Below, piece after piece: positions 17,719 through 27,747 of a stretch of DNA of 64,000 bases (positions within the stretch are counted from its first letter, which is position 1; each line of letters begins with the position of its first letter). Position numbers and translations under genes: made by a program. The stretch comes from Eubacterium sp. (GTDB lineage: Bacteria > Bacillota > Clostridia > Lachnospirales > Lachnospiraceae), in contig JAZNJZ010000033.1 of the NCBI GenBank assembly GCA_045578325.1, positions 38,224 through 102,223 of the forward strand, written 5' to 3'. A model generated the notes under the pieces. It saw only the letters and a program-made list of their open reading frames with translations. It was not told the DNA's origin and did no database searches.

Positions 17719-17760
17719 GTTATATCACATCTATTAGCACTCGTCAAGAGTGAGTGCTAA
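17719..17760 (-). promoter_or_regulatory. CIRCE (HrcA operator) overlapping the clpB promoter
   Basis: TTAGCACTC-N9-GAGTGCTAA at 17734-17760; -35 TTGACG (17747-17742), 17 nt, extended -10 TGaTATAAC (17724-17719). Confidence 0.93.
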
Positions 17761-17856
17761 TAATTTTCAAATCGTTTTAATATAGAAAAGTCCCTGACCC
17801 AGCTATTCGCCAAACCAAGGACTCTATTTCATTATTATTTATTTTCTATTTTTACA

Positions 17857-19308
17857 CTAGAACACCGACTCACCCTGCGCACTCATTTCCTCAACCGTGG
17901 TAATCATGGTATCCAAAATTCCAATTACCTTTGCGGAAAGAGTCTCACATTCTCCAGCCCACTTCGAAGCATCCTCTGTGCTGTTGGCATCAATGGCCTC
18001 TATAATTCTTTTACCCATCTGATGGAATGTCTTATGCACCTCATCCAACTCGGTCCATGCATCCACAAGTTTTGGATGTGTCATATTAATTGCATTGTAA
18101 TAATGACCAAAGGCACATTTATTCCCATTCATCTGGATTGGCTGAGAGCGCATTTCATTTGCCATTGTTACCGCTTTCTTTTCCCAATCCTTGTGAGCTC
18201 CCTTGGACGCTTTCAAAATATCAATGAAGTCATCGTTGGACAACATGGTAATTCCTGTGTTCAAGCCTTTATAAAGCAGATTGGTACTGGTAGTCAAATG
18301 TTCATCAATGAATTCGATCTGATCCGAAACTTTCTGTGTCTCGTCTGCCAACTCGCTTACTTTTACCGTAAGACGTGTAATGTCCTCTGCATCCTGACTA
18401 CACTGCTCCATGGCAGCATTGACATCTTGGGATGCTACCTCTACCATTTTCATATACTCGTCCATGGCATTCACATCTTTTGCCACCAGATCCAGCATAT
18501 CAATATTTTCGCCTACTGTCTTAAATACAACATCAATTTTTCCACTCATATCCTGTGTGGATTGCGCTGCCTGTTTTGTACTTTCATGTCCCGCCTTCGA
18601 CGCAACTAAAATCTTCTTCACGAATTGACGCATGGAATCCAATTCCCTCTGCGTATTTTCTGCCAGCTTTCCAACCTCGCCAGCCACCACAGCAAATCCT
18701 TTTCCCTGCTCGCCAGCTCTCGCCGCCTCGATGGACGCATTCAATGCCAAAAGGTTGGTCTGGGCCGCAATTCCCTGGACACTATCCACAATACCTTCGA
18801 TTTCGCGCACCAAATCAACAAGATTCATAATCTGATCGCTCATCTGATCCGTATCCTTCATAACGTCTTCCTTCAATACGGCAACCTCTTGCAACAGAAT
18901 CCGCGCCTCGTTATTTTTCTCTGTCAACGCACGACTTTCTCGAGAAAGCTGCTCCAAACGTTCGGATGTGTATCCCACATTGTCCATCACCTGACCCATG
19001 GTAGCTGTGGTTTCTTCCACGATGGCCAGATTGGACTGAGAAAGATCTGCCAAGTTATTTGCAAAGTCTGCCAGATAATCCGCCATATAGGACATCTCTA
19101 CATCAAAGTTCGAAATCTTGCTGGATACTTGCATGACTTCTTTGGACTCATGAATCGCAGTTTGCTGAAATTCCAGCACTCGATCAATTGTCTCTAAAAA
19201 CTTCTTTGCCCCTATGGATTTTACTGCAGGAACCGCTATCTCTATACCTTTTGTCCGTGCTTCTACATATGCCTGAAGCATCTGCATATCATCTGTTTTC
19301 TTTGTCAT
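17857..19308 (-). CDS. Soluble methyl-accepting chemotaxis protein with C-terminal CZB domain
   Basis: [30 protein letters not shown] signalling motif; H..W...CAFGHYY...H..FH zinc motif; no TM segments. Confidence 0.9.
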   Translation of the reverse strand: MTKKTDDMQMLQAYVEARTKGIEIAVPAVKSIGAKKFLETIDRVLEFQQTAIHESKEVMQVSSKISNFDVEMSYMADYLADFANNLADLSQSNLAIVEETTATMGQVMDNVGYTSERLEQLSRESRALTEKNNEARILLQEVAVLKEDVMKDTDQMSDQIMNLVDLVREIEGIVDSVQGIAAQTNLLALNASIEAARAGEQGKGFAVVAGEVGKLAENTQRELDSMRQFVKKILVASKAGHESTKQAAQSTQDMSGKIDVVFKTVGENIDMLDLVAKDVNAMDEYMKMVEVASQDVNAAMEQCSQDAEDITRLTVKVSELADETQKVSDQIEFIDEHLTTSTNLLYKGLNTGITMLSNDDFIDILKASKGAHKDWEKKAVTMANEMRSQPIQMNGNKCAFGHYYNAINMTHPKLVDAWTELDEVHKTFHQMGKRIIEAIDANSTEDASKWAGECETLSAKVIGILDTMITTVEEMSAQGESVF

Positions 19309-19355
19309 ACCGGTTTCCTCCTTTTATAATACTTTTCTCATATTTTGATATAAAT

Positions 19356-19384
19356 ATTATATCTAGAATACCGATTTCTGTCAA
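19356..19384 (-). promoter_or_regulatory. Consensus SigA promoter for the MCP gene
   Basis: TTGACA (19384-19379), 17 nt, TATAAT (19361-19356). Confidence 0.8.
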
Positions 19385-19387
19385 TGA

Positions 19388-19858
19388 TTACACCAGCAAG
19401 TCCGCCTCCTCATAGCGAATCACTTTTTTCAAATCCTCTGGCGAAACTTCGACCTGATAGCCTATCTTTCCTGCACTAAAAAAGATGGTATCATAGCTCG
19501 CCGCTGTCATATGGATTACGGTCTGGAAATTTTTCTTCATCCCAATAGGCGAACATCCACCATGGACATATCCGGTGAGAGGCAAAAGTTCCTTTTGCTT
19601 GATCATCTGTATCGCCTTTTCCCCCACTGTCTTTGCTGCCTTTTTCAAATCCAGCTCGCCGTTTACCGGGATAACAAACACATAATTATTTTTACTCTTC
19701 CCCTCCGTCACAAGCGTTTTAAACACCTGGTCTGGATTTTGCCCCAGCGCCGCAGCCACTTCTTCTCCGCCTACGGCGCCGGTGTCTGTATAACAATAAC
19801 TTTGATATGGAACCTTTTTCTGTTCCAATACCCTCATCACATTTGTTTTCTCTGCCAT
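19388..19858 (-). CDS. ybaK: Cys-tRNA(Pro) deacylase
   Basis: KTNVMRVL, QVFKTLV, LTGYVHGGCSPIGMKK, SAGKIG.Q. Confidence 0.92.
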   Translation of the reverse strand: MAEKTNVMRVLEQKKVPYQSYCYTDTGAVGGEEVAAALGQNPDQVFKTLVTEGKSKNNYVFVIPVNGELDLKKAAKTVGEKAIQMIKQKELLPLTGYVHGGCSPIGMKKNFQTVIHMTAASYDTIFFSAGKIGYQVEVSPEDLKKVIRYEEADLLV

Positions 19859-20127
19859 TATTTTTTTCCTTTATCCTTCATGATTTTCTTCATCATTTCC
19901 ACTTTTTTTCGCTCCTCGGGCGTCATATCCTTGGTCAGGATTCCAAGCAGCACCTGAACCTCCTCAGGAGAAAAAGTAAGATTCTGCGCCCGCAATCGTT
20001 GCATAGCTTCCATAATCAATGGCGCCACTTGCTTCTTGTCTTTTCCTCTGGACTTTTCTTCCAGTTCCTTAATGATCTGAGCTTTAACCGGGTGCATGTT
20101 TTGAAAAATATCATTGTGGTCTGTCAT
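19858..20127 (-). CDS. Conserved hypothetical protein (~89 aa)
   Basis: GAGGGG RBS before ATG 20127; helical charged protein. Confidence 0.65.
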   Translation of the reverse strand: MTDHNDIFQNMHPVKAQIIKELEEKSRGKDKKQVAPLIMEAMQRLRAQNLTFSPEEVQVLLGILTKDMTPEERKKVEMMKKIMKDKGKK

Positions 20128-20647
20128 CAAAATTCCCCTCTTCATTGTTTCCCACAATGCTTCGCCAGATATCAGGAATCCCCTCTTCCTCGGGGTGTTC
20201 CTCCGAATCATCCGGAGTCTCCTTATTAGGGGACTCCGATTCCTCTGAAAAATCCCCTGCCGCTGACATCATCATCGACATCATTTCAAACATTTCCTGC
20301 TGCTCTTTTGGCATCTGACTTTTCAATAGCTCCAACATGGAATCCATGCCATTGTTGCCAGATTCCCCCGTGGCATGCAACTCATTGAACATGCTCATCA
20401 TGGAAAATACCCGCTTCATCATAAACAGATTCAAAAGCATGTCAATTATCTTTTGCTCCCGCTCCTGACAAAAGCAACGAATTGCTCGAAGAAGCCCCTC
20501 CAGATCAATGGTCTCACCCACTGGGATATCAAAAAAAGGAAGCGCCGCTTTGATCATCAATATACTTTTATTGTCCAAAATCCGCCCTTCCCATCCAAGC
20601 ATCGTATCCAGCTCCTGCATTGCACTCTTTTTTATATAAGTATGCAA
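20111..20647 (-). CDS. Hypothetical protein (Met-rich, acidic tail); start uncertain
   Basis: ORF track; co-oriented in the luxS-ybaK run. Confidence 0.6.
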   Translation of the reverse strand: MHTYIKKSAMQELDTMLGWEGRILDNKSILMIKAALPFFDIPVGETIDLEGLLRAIRCFCQEREQKIIDMLLNLFMMKRVFSMMSMFNELHATGESGNNGMDSMLELLKSQMPKEQQEMFEMMSMMMSAAGDFSEESESPNKETPDDSEEHPEEEGIPDIWRSIVGNNEEGNFDDRPQ

Positions 20648-20677
20648 CTCATAGTGAAATGATGACCGTGGCCCTTC

Positions 20678-21151
20678 TTAATACACGAGGCGTTCTTCCG
20701 TGATTTCCTCTAACACCTCTGTCAAATACTTCTCTGCCAGATATTTTGCCATTGGAAGATTGAGGTCCAGATAGTTTCCACACTCCACAGGGGAAGCTCC
20801 TGGAATCTCGCCTTCATAATCCTTCACAAAAGTAAACATTTCTTTCAGAAGTGGCACAACATCCACGGACTCATATTCTCCGGCAAGAATCAAATAAAAA
20901 CCAGTACGACATCCCATTGGACCAAAGTATACAATCTTGTCACTCATGGTATCGTGATTTCGCAAAAAAGTAGCACCAAGGTGCTCCAAGGCGTGAATCT
21001 CCGCCGTATTCATCACTGGCTCAAAGTTAGGACGAGTCATACGAATGTCAAAGGTGGTAACGATGTCATTCCCCGTACAGTCCTTTCTTGACACGTATAC
21101 ACCTGGTAATAATTTCAAATGATCTACTGTAAAACTAGCGATTGTTTCCAT
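20678..21151 (-). CDS. luxS: S-ribosylhomocysteine lyase (AI-2 synthase)
   Basis: METIASFTVDH, FDIRMTRPN, HALEHLGATFLR, GPMGCRTGFY, CGNY. Confidence 0.96.
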   Translation of the reverse strand: METIASFTVDHLKLLPGVYVSRKDCTGNDIVTTFDIRMTRPNFEPVMNTAEIHALEHLGATFLRNHDTMSDKIVYFGPMGCRTGFYLILAGEYESVDVVPLLKEMFTFVKDYEGEIPGASPVECGNYLDLNLPMAKYLAEKYLTEVLEEITEERLVY

Positions 21152-21221
21152 ATTTTTTTCCTTCTTTCTGAATATTATTTTATAAATTGCAATTTCATAA
21201 CACGATGGCCATCCGACACAC

Positions 21222-21271
21222 GTCAAAAGAGAGCCAGTATCTGCGAACCATTCCGCAGCAATCGGCTCTCT
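21222..21271 (-). terminator. Hairpin terminator after ilvE
   Basis: AAGAGAGCC...GGCTCTCTT stem with inner CTGCG..A/T..CGCAG hairpin, followed by a short U-tract on the minus strand. Confidence 0.55.
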
Positions 21272-21290
21272 TCCGCTTCTACACGGTTTT

Positions 21291-22316
21291 CTACTTCAAT
21301 ACTTTAATCCAGCCTTCTGGTGCTTCGATGCGTCCCATCTGCATACCTGTCAATGTATCATAGAGTGTCTGGGTTACTTCACCCATTTTCTCCATACCAC
21401 TTGGAAGGCAAATTTCTTTTCCATGATCTACGATTTTTCCTACTGGTGAAATAACCGCTGCGGTTCCACAAAGTCCACACTCTGCAAAATCTGGTACTTC
21501 ATCCAAGTATACTTCACGCTCTTCCACTTCCATGCCAAGGTGATCTCTTGCAATAGCGACAAGAGAACGTCTTGTAATAGAAGGCAAAATACTGTCAGAC
21601 TTTGGTGTAACAATCTTTCCGTCTTTTGTAACGAAGATAAAGTTTGCCCCACCTGTCTCTTCTACTTTTGTACGAGTCTTTGGATCCAGATACATATTCT
21701 CTGCATATCCTTGATTGTGCGCATCTACGATGGCATGAAGACTCATGGCATAGTTCAGACCAGCTTTGATGTGTCCCGTGCCATTTGGTGCCGCACGGTC
21801 AAAATCACTAACACGAATGGTAATTGGCTTAGCACCGCCTTTGAAATATGGTCCAACTGGAGTACAGAACACACGGAACTGATACTCTGTAGCTGGCGCC
21901 ACGCCGATAACCGGACCGATACCAAACATATATGGGCGGATATAAAGGGTTGCTCCCGATCCATATGGTGGAACGTACGCCTCATTTGCCAATACTGTCT
22001 GCTCTACTGCTTCAATAAATTTATCTTCAGGAAATACCGGCATCTCCAGACGCTTTGCTGTATCTGCCATACGCTTTGCATTTAAATCAGGACGGAAAAT
22101 AACAATACTTCCATCTTCCCATGTATAAGCCTTCAATCCTTCAAAACAAGTCTGTGCATACTGAAGAACACAAGCGCACTCACTCATGGTAATCATTGAA
22201 TCCTCAATCATTGCACCCTCATCCCATGCACCGTCTTTGTAGTTTGCAACAAATCTCTTATCGGTCTCACGATAACCAAATCCTAGATTTGCCCAATCAA
22301 TATTTTTCTTTTCCAT
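21291..22316 (-). CDS. ilvE: Branched-chain amino acid aminotransferase
   Basis: LQYAQTCFEGLKAY, LYIRP, K.GLNYA, EETGGAN, ILPSITR, GTAAVISPV. Confidence 0.95.
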   Translation of the reverse strand: MEKKNIDWANLGFGYRETDKRFVANYKDGAWDEGAMIEDSMITMSECACVLQYAQTCFEGLKAYTWEDGSIVIFRPDLNAKRMADTAKRLEMPVFPEDKFIEAVEQTVLANEAYVPPYGSGATLYIRPYMFGIGPVIGVAPATEYQFRVFCTPVGPYFKGGAKPITIRVSDFDRAAPNGTGHIKAGLNYAMSLHAIVDAHNQGYAENMYLDPKTRTKVEETGGANFIFVTKDGKIVTPKSDSILPSITRRSLVAIARDHLGMEVEEREVYLDEVPDFAECGLCGTAAVISPVGKIVDHGKEICLPSGMEKMGEVTQTLYDTLTGMQMGRIEAPEGWIKVLK

Positions 22317-22412
22317 AATCTCGTACTTCCTTTATCATTATTTTTGAGTAATAGGCTCAAATCATCACTATATTTAAGTTTACTCCCCTACAGAAAAACT
22401 GTCAAGAAAAAA

Positions 22413-23066
22413 CTAGTCGATTACTTTGATGCTTTCCATTACTGGCTGATTGGCTTTTTCCACAGTTCCATTGCTATCCAGCACCTTCGTATTTTTGCAA
22501 ATCTCATCTACAATTTCCATTCCCTCTGTTACTTTACCAAAGGCTGCATACTCACCATCCAAATGTGGTGCATCTTCATGCATGATAAAGAACTGAGAAC
22601 TTGCACTATCTGGTTCCATGGATCTTGCCATAGAAATCACTCCACGCACATGTTTCATATTATTTTCCACACCGTTGGAAGAAAATTCACCCTTAATCGT
22701 AACGTCAGAACCACCGGTTCCATTTCCCAATGGATCACCACCCTGAATCATGAACCCAGAGATAATGCGGTGGAATGTCAAACCATCGTAGAACCCTTCT
22801 TTTGCAAGGTTTACAAAGTTTGTTACTGTAATTGGTGCCACATCGGCATCCAACTCTACCTTAATGGTTCCATAATCTTTTACATTGATTTCAATATTGT
22901 GCTTACCAGAAAGCTGCTCTCCATTGTCCGCACTTTTTTTCTCTGTTGTACTTTTTCCTTTGTTCGCAGTTGACTTTGTTCCGTTTTCTCCAGATGCTGC
23001 TCCACAACCTACAAGACCAAGCATCATCACTGATACCATCAATAATACACTTACGATTTTTCTCAT
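22413..23066 (-). CDS. Cyclophilin-type peptidyl-prolyl isomerase, lipoprotein
   Basis: Lipobox LVGC; APITVTNF, FYDGLTFHRII.GFMIQGGDP, GVISMAR, SASSQFFI. Confidence 0.93.
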   Translation of the reverse strand: MRKIVSVLLMVSVMMLGLVGCGAASGENGTKSTANKGKSTTEKKSADNGEQLSGKHNIEINVKDYGTIKVELDADVAPITVTNFVNLAKEGFYDGLTFHRIISGFMIQGGDPLGNGTGGSDVTIKGEFSSNGVENNMKHVRGVISMARSMEPDSASSQFFIMHEDAPHLDGEYAAFGKVTEGMEIVDEICKNTKVLDSNGTVEKANQPVMESIKVID

Positions 23067-23098
23067 TTTTCTTTCTCCTTTTTTTCTAATATTTCCAC

Positions 23099-24598
23099 CT
23101 ATTCCCAGTTTTTCACTGCCTCTAAATAATACTGGATCAAGGTCGGTTTGGATAATTGATTAATCTCCAAGTCTTGTGCCTGCTCATCTTTTCCAAAATA
23201 AAACATGGCATTCACATTCTCGTTTGTAAGATATTTTGTCTCCACTTCAATGGAAAAATTCAAATCAATCTCTTTTTTCGAGGCCAGATTAAATCCCCAA
23301 TCGCCGAAGGCCGGAACCTGCAAATGATAAGGTTTTACAAAGAACCCTTCACTAGCAATGGTTTTATTGATACACCAAAACGCTTCCGTGGCATAATAGG
23401 GACTGGTGGACTGCACCGTCATAATTCCATCTTCTGTCAACGCATTACTACACAAACGATAAAACACGTTGGTATATAACTTGTTCAATGTTTCGTTATT
23501 GGGATCTGGAAAATCCACTAGAATAACATCATATTTCTCCGTGGTATTCTCCAAAAACTCGTAGGCATCCATCGTGTGGATGGTCAGACGGTCACTATCC
23601 AAAGCACCTTCATTCAGTGCTGTTACATTGGGCTCCTCACGACACAGACGAATCATCTCTTCATCCAAATCCACAAGAGTAATGTGGCTCTCTGGATATT
23701 TTAAAATCTCTCTTACCGCGAGACCGTCGCCACCCCCCAGCACAAGAACCTTGTCTCGCTTCGCCGCTTTTGACATAGGTACATGTACCAATGCTTCATG
23801 ATATCGGTACTCATCCAACGAGCAAAACTGAACATTTCCATCTAGAAACAATCGCAGGTCATCTCGGTGCTTTGTCATGACAATTCGCTGATACTTTGTC
23901 TGTTTTGACAAAATCACTTTGTCCCGATATAAACCACCTTCAATGTGCTTGGAAATATTTTCAGAAAATAGCATTCCAAACACCATGGCAATAAAGATGC
24001 ATCCTGTTATCACTTTGTAGCCAGAAACCTGCTTAATCCGTTTTGAATATTTGAATAAGATAAGCATTGCTGCCAATATGTTCATGGAACCCGTCAGAAA
24101 TGCCGTTGCAAAATATCCCAACTGCGGTAACAACAAAAGCGGAAAGGCGATGGAACCAATTAAGCTTCCCACATAGTCAAAACTAAACAAAGAAGAAATG
24201 GTAATTCTCAGATTTTCCTCATCCTTCTCAATGATTCGCGTAAGAAGAGGAATCTCCACACCAACTAATGTTCCAATCGTAATGATTTCCATATACATGA
24301 CAATCTGGTATGTCTGTAAATACAAATGGGACAAAAAGAGAACAAGCGAACTAATACCACCAATAACACCCACCCCAATCTCAATCAGAACAAACCAATT
24401 GAATAAATTTTTCTTCATGAAACGAGATAGATAAGATCCCAATCCCATAGCCGCCATATACAAACCGATGGTGATGGAATACTGCATCGTACTGTCGCCC
24501 ACAAGATAGGAGCTAACTGCACTAATAATTAATTCGTAGCAAATAGAACACCCTGAAATAATCAGGGTGGTCAACATTAATAATCGATAATTCTTCAT
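23099..24598 (-). CDS. speE: Membrane-fused polyamine aminopropyltransferase (spermidine synthase-like)
   Basis: N-terminal TM region; LFLDGNVQF...DEYRYHEALVH, VLVLGGGDGLAVREIL, DVILVDFPDP. Confidence 0.88.
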   Translation of the reverse strand: MKNYRLLMLTTLIISGCSICYELIISAVSSYLVGDSTMQYSITIGLYMAAMGLGSYLSRFMKKNLFNWFVLIEIGVGVIGGISSLVLFLSHLYLQTYQIVMYMEIITIGTLVGVEIPLLTRIIEKDEENLRITISSLFSFDYVGSLIGSIAFPLLLLPQLGYFATAFLTGSMNILAAMLILFKYSKRIKQVSGYKVITGCIFIAMVFGMLFSENISKHIEGGLYRDKVILSKQTKYQRIVMTKHRDDLRLFLDGNVQFCSLDEYRYHEALVHVPMSKAAKRDKVLVLGGGDGLAVREILKYPESHITLVDLDEEMIRLCREEPNVTALNEGALDSDRLTIHTMDAYEFLENTTEKYDVILVDFPDPNNETLNKLYTNVFYRLCSNALTEDGIMTVQSTSPYYATEAFWCINKTIASEGFFVKPYHLQVPAFGDWGFNLASKKEIDLNFSIEVETKYLTNENVNAMFYFGKDEQAQDLEINQLSKPTLIQYYLEAVKNWE

Positions 24599-25032
24599 TA
24601 GTAAATTACTCCACTAATAACAAGTGCCAATCCAATAAAGATACCAAATACCATAACACCTGCTGCCGTATTGCCTTTTCCAATTTCATCATTCAGATTA
24701 TATTGTTTATTGAATACGTTTACGAGCACATAACCAAGCATAAAGAATACGATACCGAGAGCAAAATACAAAATGCTTCCACCAATGCCTTCAAGCAATG
24801 TTTCTTCCACTGCCTCCATTACAGGTGACATAATGGCTGTTCTCAAAATTATGCCAATTCCGATAAAGGAACCTGCGCTCAACCAACCTACTGCCGTATT
24901 ACCCTTCTTGATTTCCGTCGGAAAGTGACATGGCACAATCAAGTCAATCAAAAAGTTTCCTACCATCATCAAAATGATACCAAGTACCGAATAAATTGCA
25001 ATATCAAATACATCATACAAAATCTCCATCAT
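24598..25032 (-). CDS. DUF350-like membrane protein
   Basis: Four TM segments with two EI.KGN.A.G repeats. Confidence 0.8.
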   Translation of the reverse strand: MMEILYDVFDIAIYSVLGIILMMVGNFLIDLIVPCHFPTEIKKGNTAVGWLSAGSFIGIGIILRTAIMSPVMEAVEETLLEGIGGSILYFALGIVFFMLGYVLVNVFNKQYNLNDEIGKGNTAAGVMVFGIFIGLALVISGVIY

Positions 25033-25049
25033 TTTATCTCCTCCATTTC

Positions 25050-26168
25050 TTATTTACCACCACTAAATCCACCACCGGACGAACTTCTGCTACTTGTACT
25101 TGCTTGTCGCACCGTGGATGAATAACTACGATATGTATCCGTTGTGTTGTAAGCAATCGGATCATCATCAAATCCGCCACCATATGGGGACGTATAATCC
25201 GTATAGGTTGAACTATCATTCGAATATCCACGAGAATAGTAGAATCTTCGATAATATCTGTGTGTATATCGACTGGAACGATATGGTCTCTCGTCATTTG
25301 TATAAGCAAACTTACGTGTGGACACTTGAACCAACACCTGTTGTTCATCCTCTGACATATACACAAGACAATACTCTTTCGATGTCATAATCGCAATACT
25401 TTCATCCCCGTCCTCTGTGTTCTGCTGAACATCTGTGGTATTACCATTCACAGCACTGATAATATCCTTCGCCGTAGCATCCATTGTCAGATTGGACTTG
25501 TAAACATCTGCTTTTTCACCATCTTTGCCCGTCACCGAAGTCGTATAGGTGTAGGTAGACGTAGTCTTTTCCAAATGTTTTGCAATGGATGAGCCAAGAC
25601 TACCAAAAACAGCAAGAAGTGGTCCCCCAATAGAAAACATCATAATAAGAATAACACAAGCCGTCACGACCTTCGTTAATGCTTTCCCAGCCGCATTCCC
25701 TTGCGGAGCTCCTGCCTGAAATCCAGCCTGTCCGCCCATGCCATTGGATGCGGCATGGCTCACTACTTGAATCTCATTGGCATCCAGATAATATCCTGTG
25801 GAGGTTTCTGTTCCGTCATCCCATACCTCATACGATACAATCTTTTCTTCTGTCGAATCTTCATATTCTGTAAAATTTGCTCGATCCCCTGGTTCCACAT
25901 CCACATTTCCCCAGGCACCCACTACTACTTCAACACCACGATCCACTTCATGGTAACCACCAGTGGATGCATTCCAAGATGCTTCCGAAATGGAATACTC
26001 ATTGTATGTAGTGTCGATACTTAACCACTTTTCACGATTTGTAGCTTGTGAAAACAATCGGTATTCATCCCACAAACAATTATCCACCTGATTGCGATAA
26101 CGAATCTTACCTACAACATTATAAACCTCTCCGTCTACTCGGAGCACAGTACCTACTGAAAATTCCAT
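25050..26168 (-). CDS. DUF4178-like N-terminal domain + TM + DUF4247-like C-terminal domain
   Basis: Y.VVGKIRY...W.EY.L...WLS, SYEVWDDG; central TM; C-terminus ends VRQASTSSRSSSGGGFSGGK. Confidence 0.65.
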   Translation of the reverse strand: MEFSVGTVLRVDGEVYNVVGKIRYRNQVDNCLWDEYRLFSQATNREKWLSIDTTYNEYSISEASWNASTGGYHEVDRGVEVVVGAWGNVDVEPGDRANFTEYEDSTEEKIVSYEVWDDGTETSTGYYLDANEIQVVSHAASNGMGGQAGFQAGAPQGNAAGKALTKVVTACVILIMMFSIGGPLLAVFGSLGSSIAKHLEKTTSTYTYTTSVTGKDGEKADVYKSNLTMDATAKDIISAVNGNTTDVQQNTEDGDESIAIMTSKEYCLVYMSEDEQQVLVQVSTRKFAYTNDERPYRSSRYTHRYYRRFYYSRGYSNDSSTYTDYTSPYGGGFDDDPIAYNTTDTYRSYSSTVRQASTSSRSSSGGGFSGGK

Positions 26169-26183
26169 ATCAATCCCCTTCCT

Positions 26184-26525
26184 TTATGATTTCGTGATTT
26201 CCCGCTGAAACTCCCTAACAACACGACGCCCTGCACCAAATGCTTCTTCTAATTTCTGAGCGATTTGCTCGGGCACATGTTCGGTACAAGAAAAAATATC
26301 AACGGCAGCATAACCATATTCTGGCCACGTGTGAATGGAAAAATGAGACGTCGTAATAACCGCAATGTATGTTATTCCTATGGGTTCAAACTTATGTACA
26401 CATTCCTCTACAATTTCTGCTTGTATGTCGTGAATCGCCTCCCGGGCAATTTCCTTCACCCGGTCCAGATCATCTAATGTCTGGTCGTCGCAATCATACA
26501 AATCCACAAAAAGTTGACTTGCCAT
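26184..26525 (-). CDS. speD: S-adenosylmethionine decarboxylase proenzyme
   Basis: HKFEP.G.T, SHFSIHTWPEYGYAAVDIFSC. Confidence 0.9.
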   Translation of the reverse strand: MASQLFVDLYDCDDQTLDDLDRVKEIAREAIHDIQAEIVEECVHKFEPIGITYIAVITTSHFSIHTWPEYGYAAVDIFSCTEHVPEQIAQKLEEAFGAGRRVVREFQREITKS

Positions 26526-26562
26526 AATCACATTCTCCCTTATGTAAAAATTATCCTATTCA

Positions 26563-26591
26563 ATTTTAACGGATTCCCTATATCATGTCAA
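26563..26591 (-). promoter_or_regulatory. SigA promoter for the speD operon
   Basis: TTGACA (26591-26586), 17 nt, TAAAAT (26568-26563). Confidence 0.65.
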
Positions 26592-26637
26592 TTGATTTCG
26601 ACAATATGCTACTTTAATTTTCTATTTCCTTCCACCT

Positions 26638-27747
26638 TTAATACAGAATCCCATCGTAGTACTCCAACAACCGCCTCGACACCTCACTATAATTTGCCTC
26701 CGCTCCGTAATACGTCATATAAGCGTCTGTATACTGTTCTTCCATCTTCACAACCGTTTCTGTATCAATCCACTCTTTGTGGGATTTAATCTCCTCATAA
26801 GCTTCTTCTGTGTATGTGGACATATCCGTATACACTTGCTCATCAACTGGTGGCAACTTATCATACTCTTCTTGAGACAATACTTCTAAAATATCCTTTT
26901 CCAAATAACTCAAGACACCCATATACCCAGAATATTGCAAAAAGCGATTGTCACTTTCCGTACAAGCGAAATACGAGATAAAATTCGCCTCATCTTCATA
27001 AATGTATCCCTTCAAATGAGCCAGCTCATGACAGATCACTTCCGGATACACCACGTCACTAATATAGGAATTGTAATTTGCCTCCATTGAAAATGGAAAA
27101 TAGACTCCCACCGTTCCTGTCTGATACATGAGATAAGACCCCCGAATGGGTTTGGGATCCGGATAATAACCCGACAGTCGCGGATATTTCTCTGCCAATT
27201 TCCACATTGCTTCTCGTATTTCTTTGTCCACATTCCCTGGATAAATCGGATTCCCATCCAGGCCTCGCAGTACTTGACCAGACAGTTCATTGCATTTCTC
27301 TACTATATAATTACGCAAAATAATTGCCTGACTAACATCGTATGTCTTGCCTCGATTTCCATTTACGTTCAATCGAGAACAACCATACAACACACTACAA
27401 TTTAGTGTCATAATAAGAAGAATGAGAAGCACAAATAGCAATTCTCCTTTTAGATAACGTTTCATAAGGCATCGATGCCATTCATTCTTTCGCACAAACA
27501 CCAAAAGAATCAAACATACAATGGCAATTAACACAGATAAAATTGCCATAACCAACAACACTTCACCTACTGAAAATGAAAACGTACCAGTCAGACGTCC
27601 ATAAGTCTCGGATCCCAACCAGAAAATATGATCCGTATAAAAATCACAAAATGCCTCGAACTGCACCGCGATATTTAACACCAAAATAAATATGGCAAAT
27701 GCAATTGTAAATCTCCAGTACCTTGAAAGTTTCTTTCTTTTCTTCAT
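26638..27747 (-). CDS. DUF3810-family membrane-anchored putative Zn metalloprotease
   Basis: N-terminal TMs; GVYFPFSMEANYN, HELAHLKGY..EDEANF. Confidence 0.85.
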   Translation of the reverse strand: MKKRKKLSRYWRFTIAFAIFILVLNIAVQFEAFCDFYTDHIFWLGSETYGRLTGTFSFSVGEVLLVMAILSVLIAIVCLILLVFVRKNEWHRCLMKRYLKGELLFVLLILLIMTLNCSVLYGCSRLNVNGNRGKTYDVSQAIILRNYIVEKCNELSGQVLRGLDGNPIYPGNVDKEIREAMWKLAEKYPRLSGYYPDPKPIRGSYLMYQTGTVGVYFPFSMEANYNSYISDVVYPEVICHELAHLKGYIYEDEANFISYFACTESDNRFLQYSGYMGVLSYLEKDILEVLSQEEYDKLPPVDEQVYTDMSTYTEEAYEEIKSHKEWIDTETVVKMEEQYTDAYMTYYGAEANYSEVSRRLLEYYDGILY

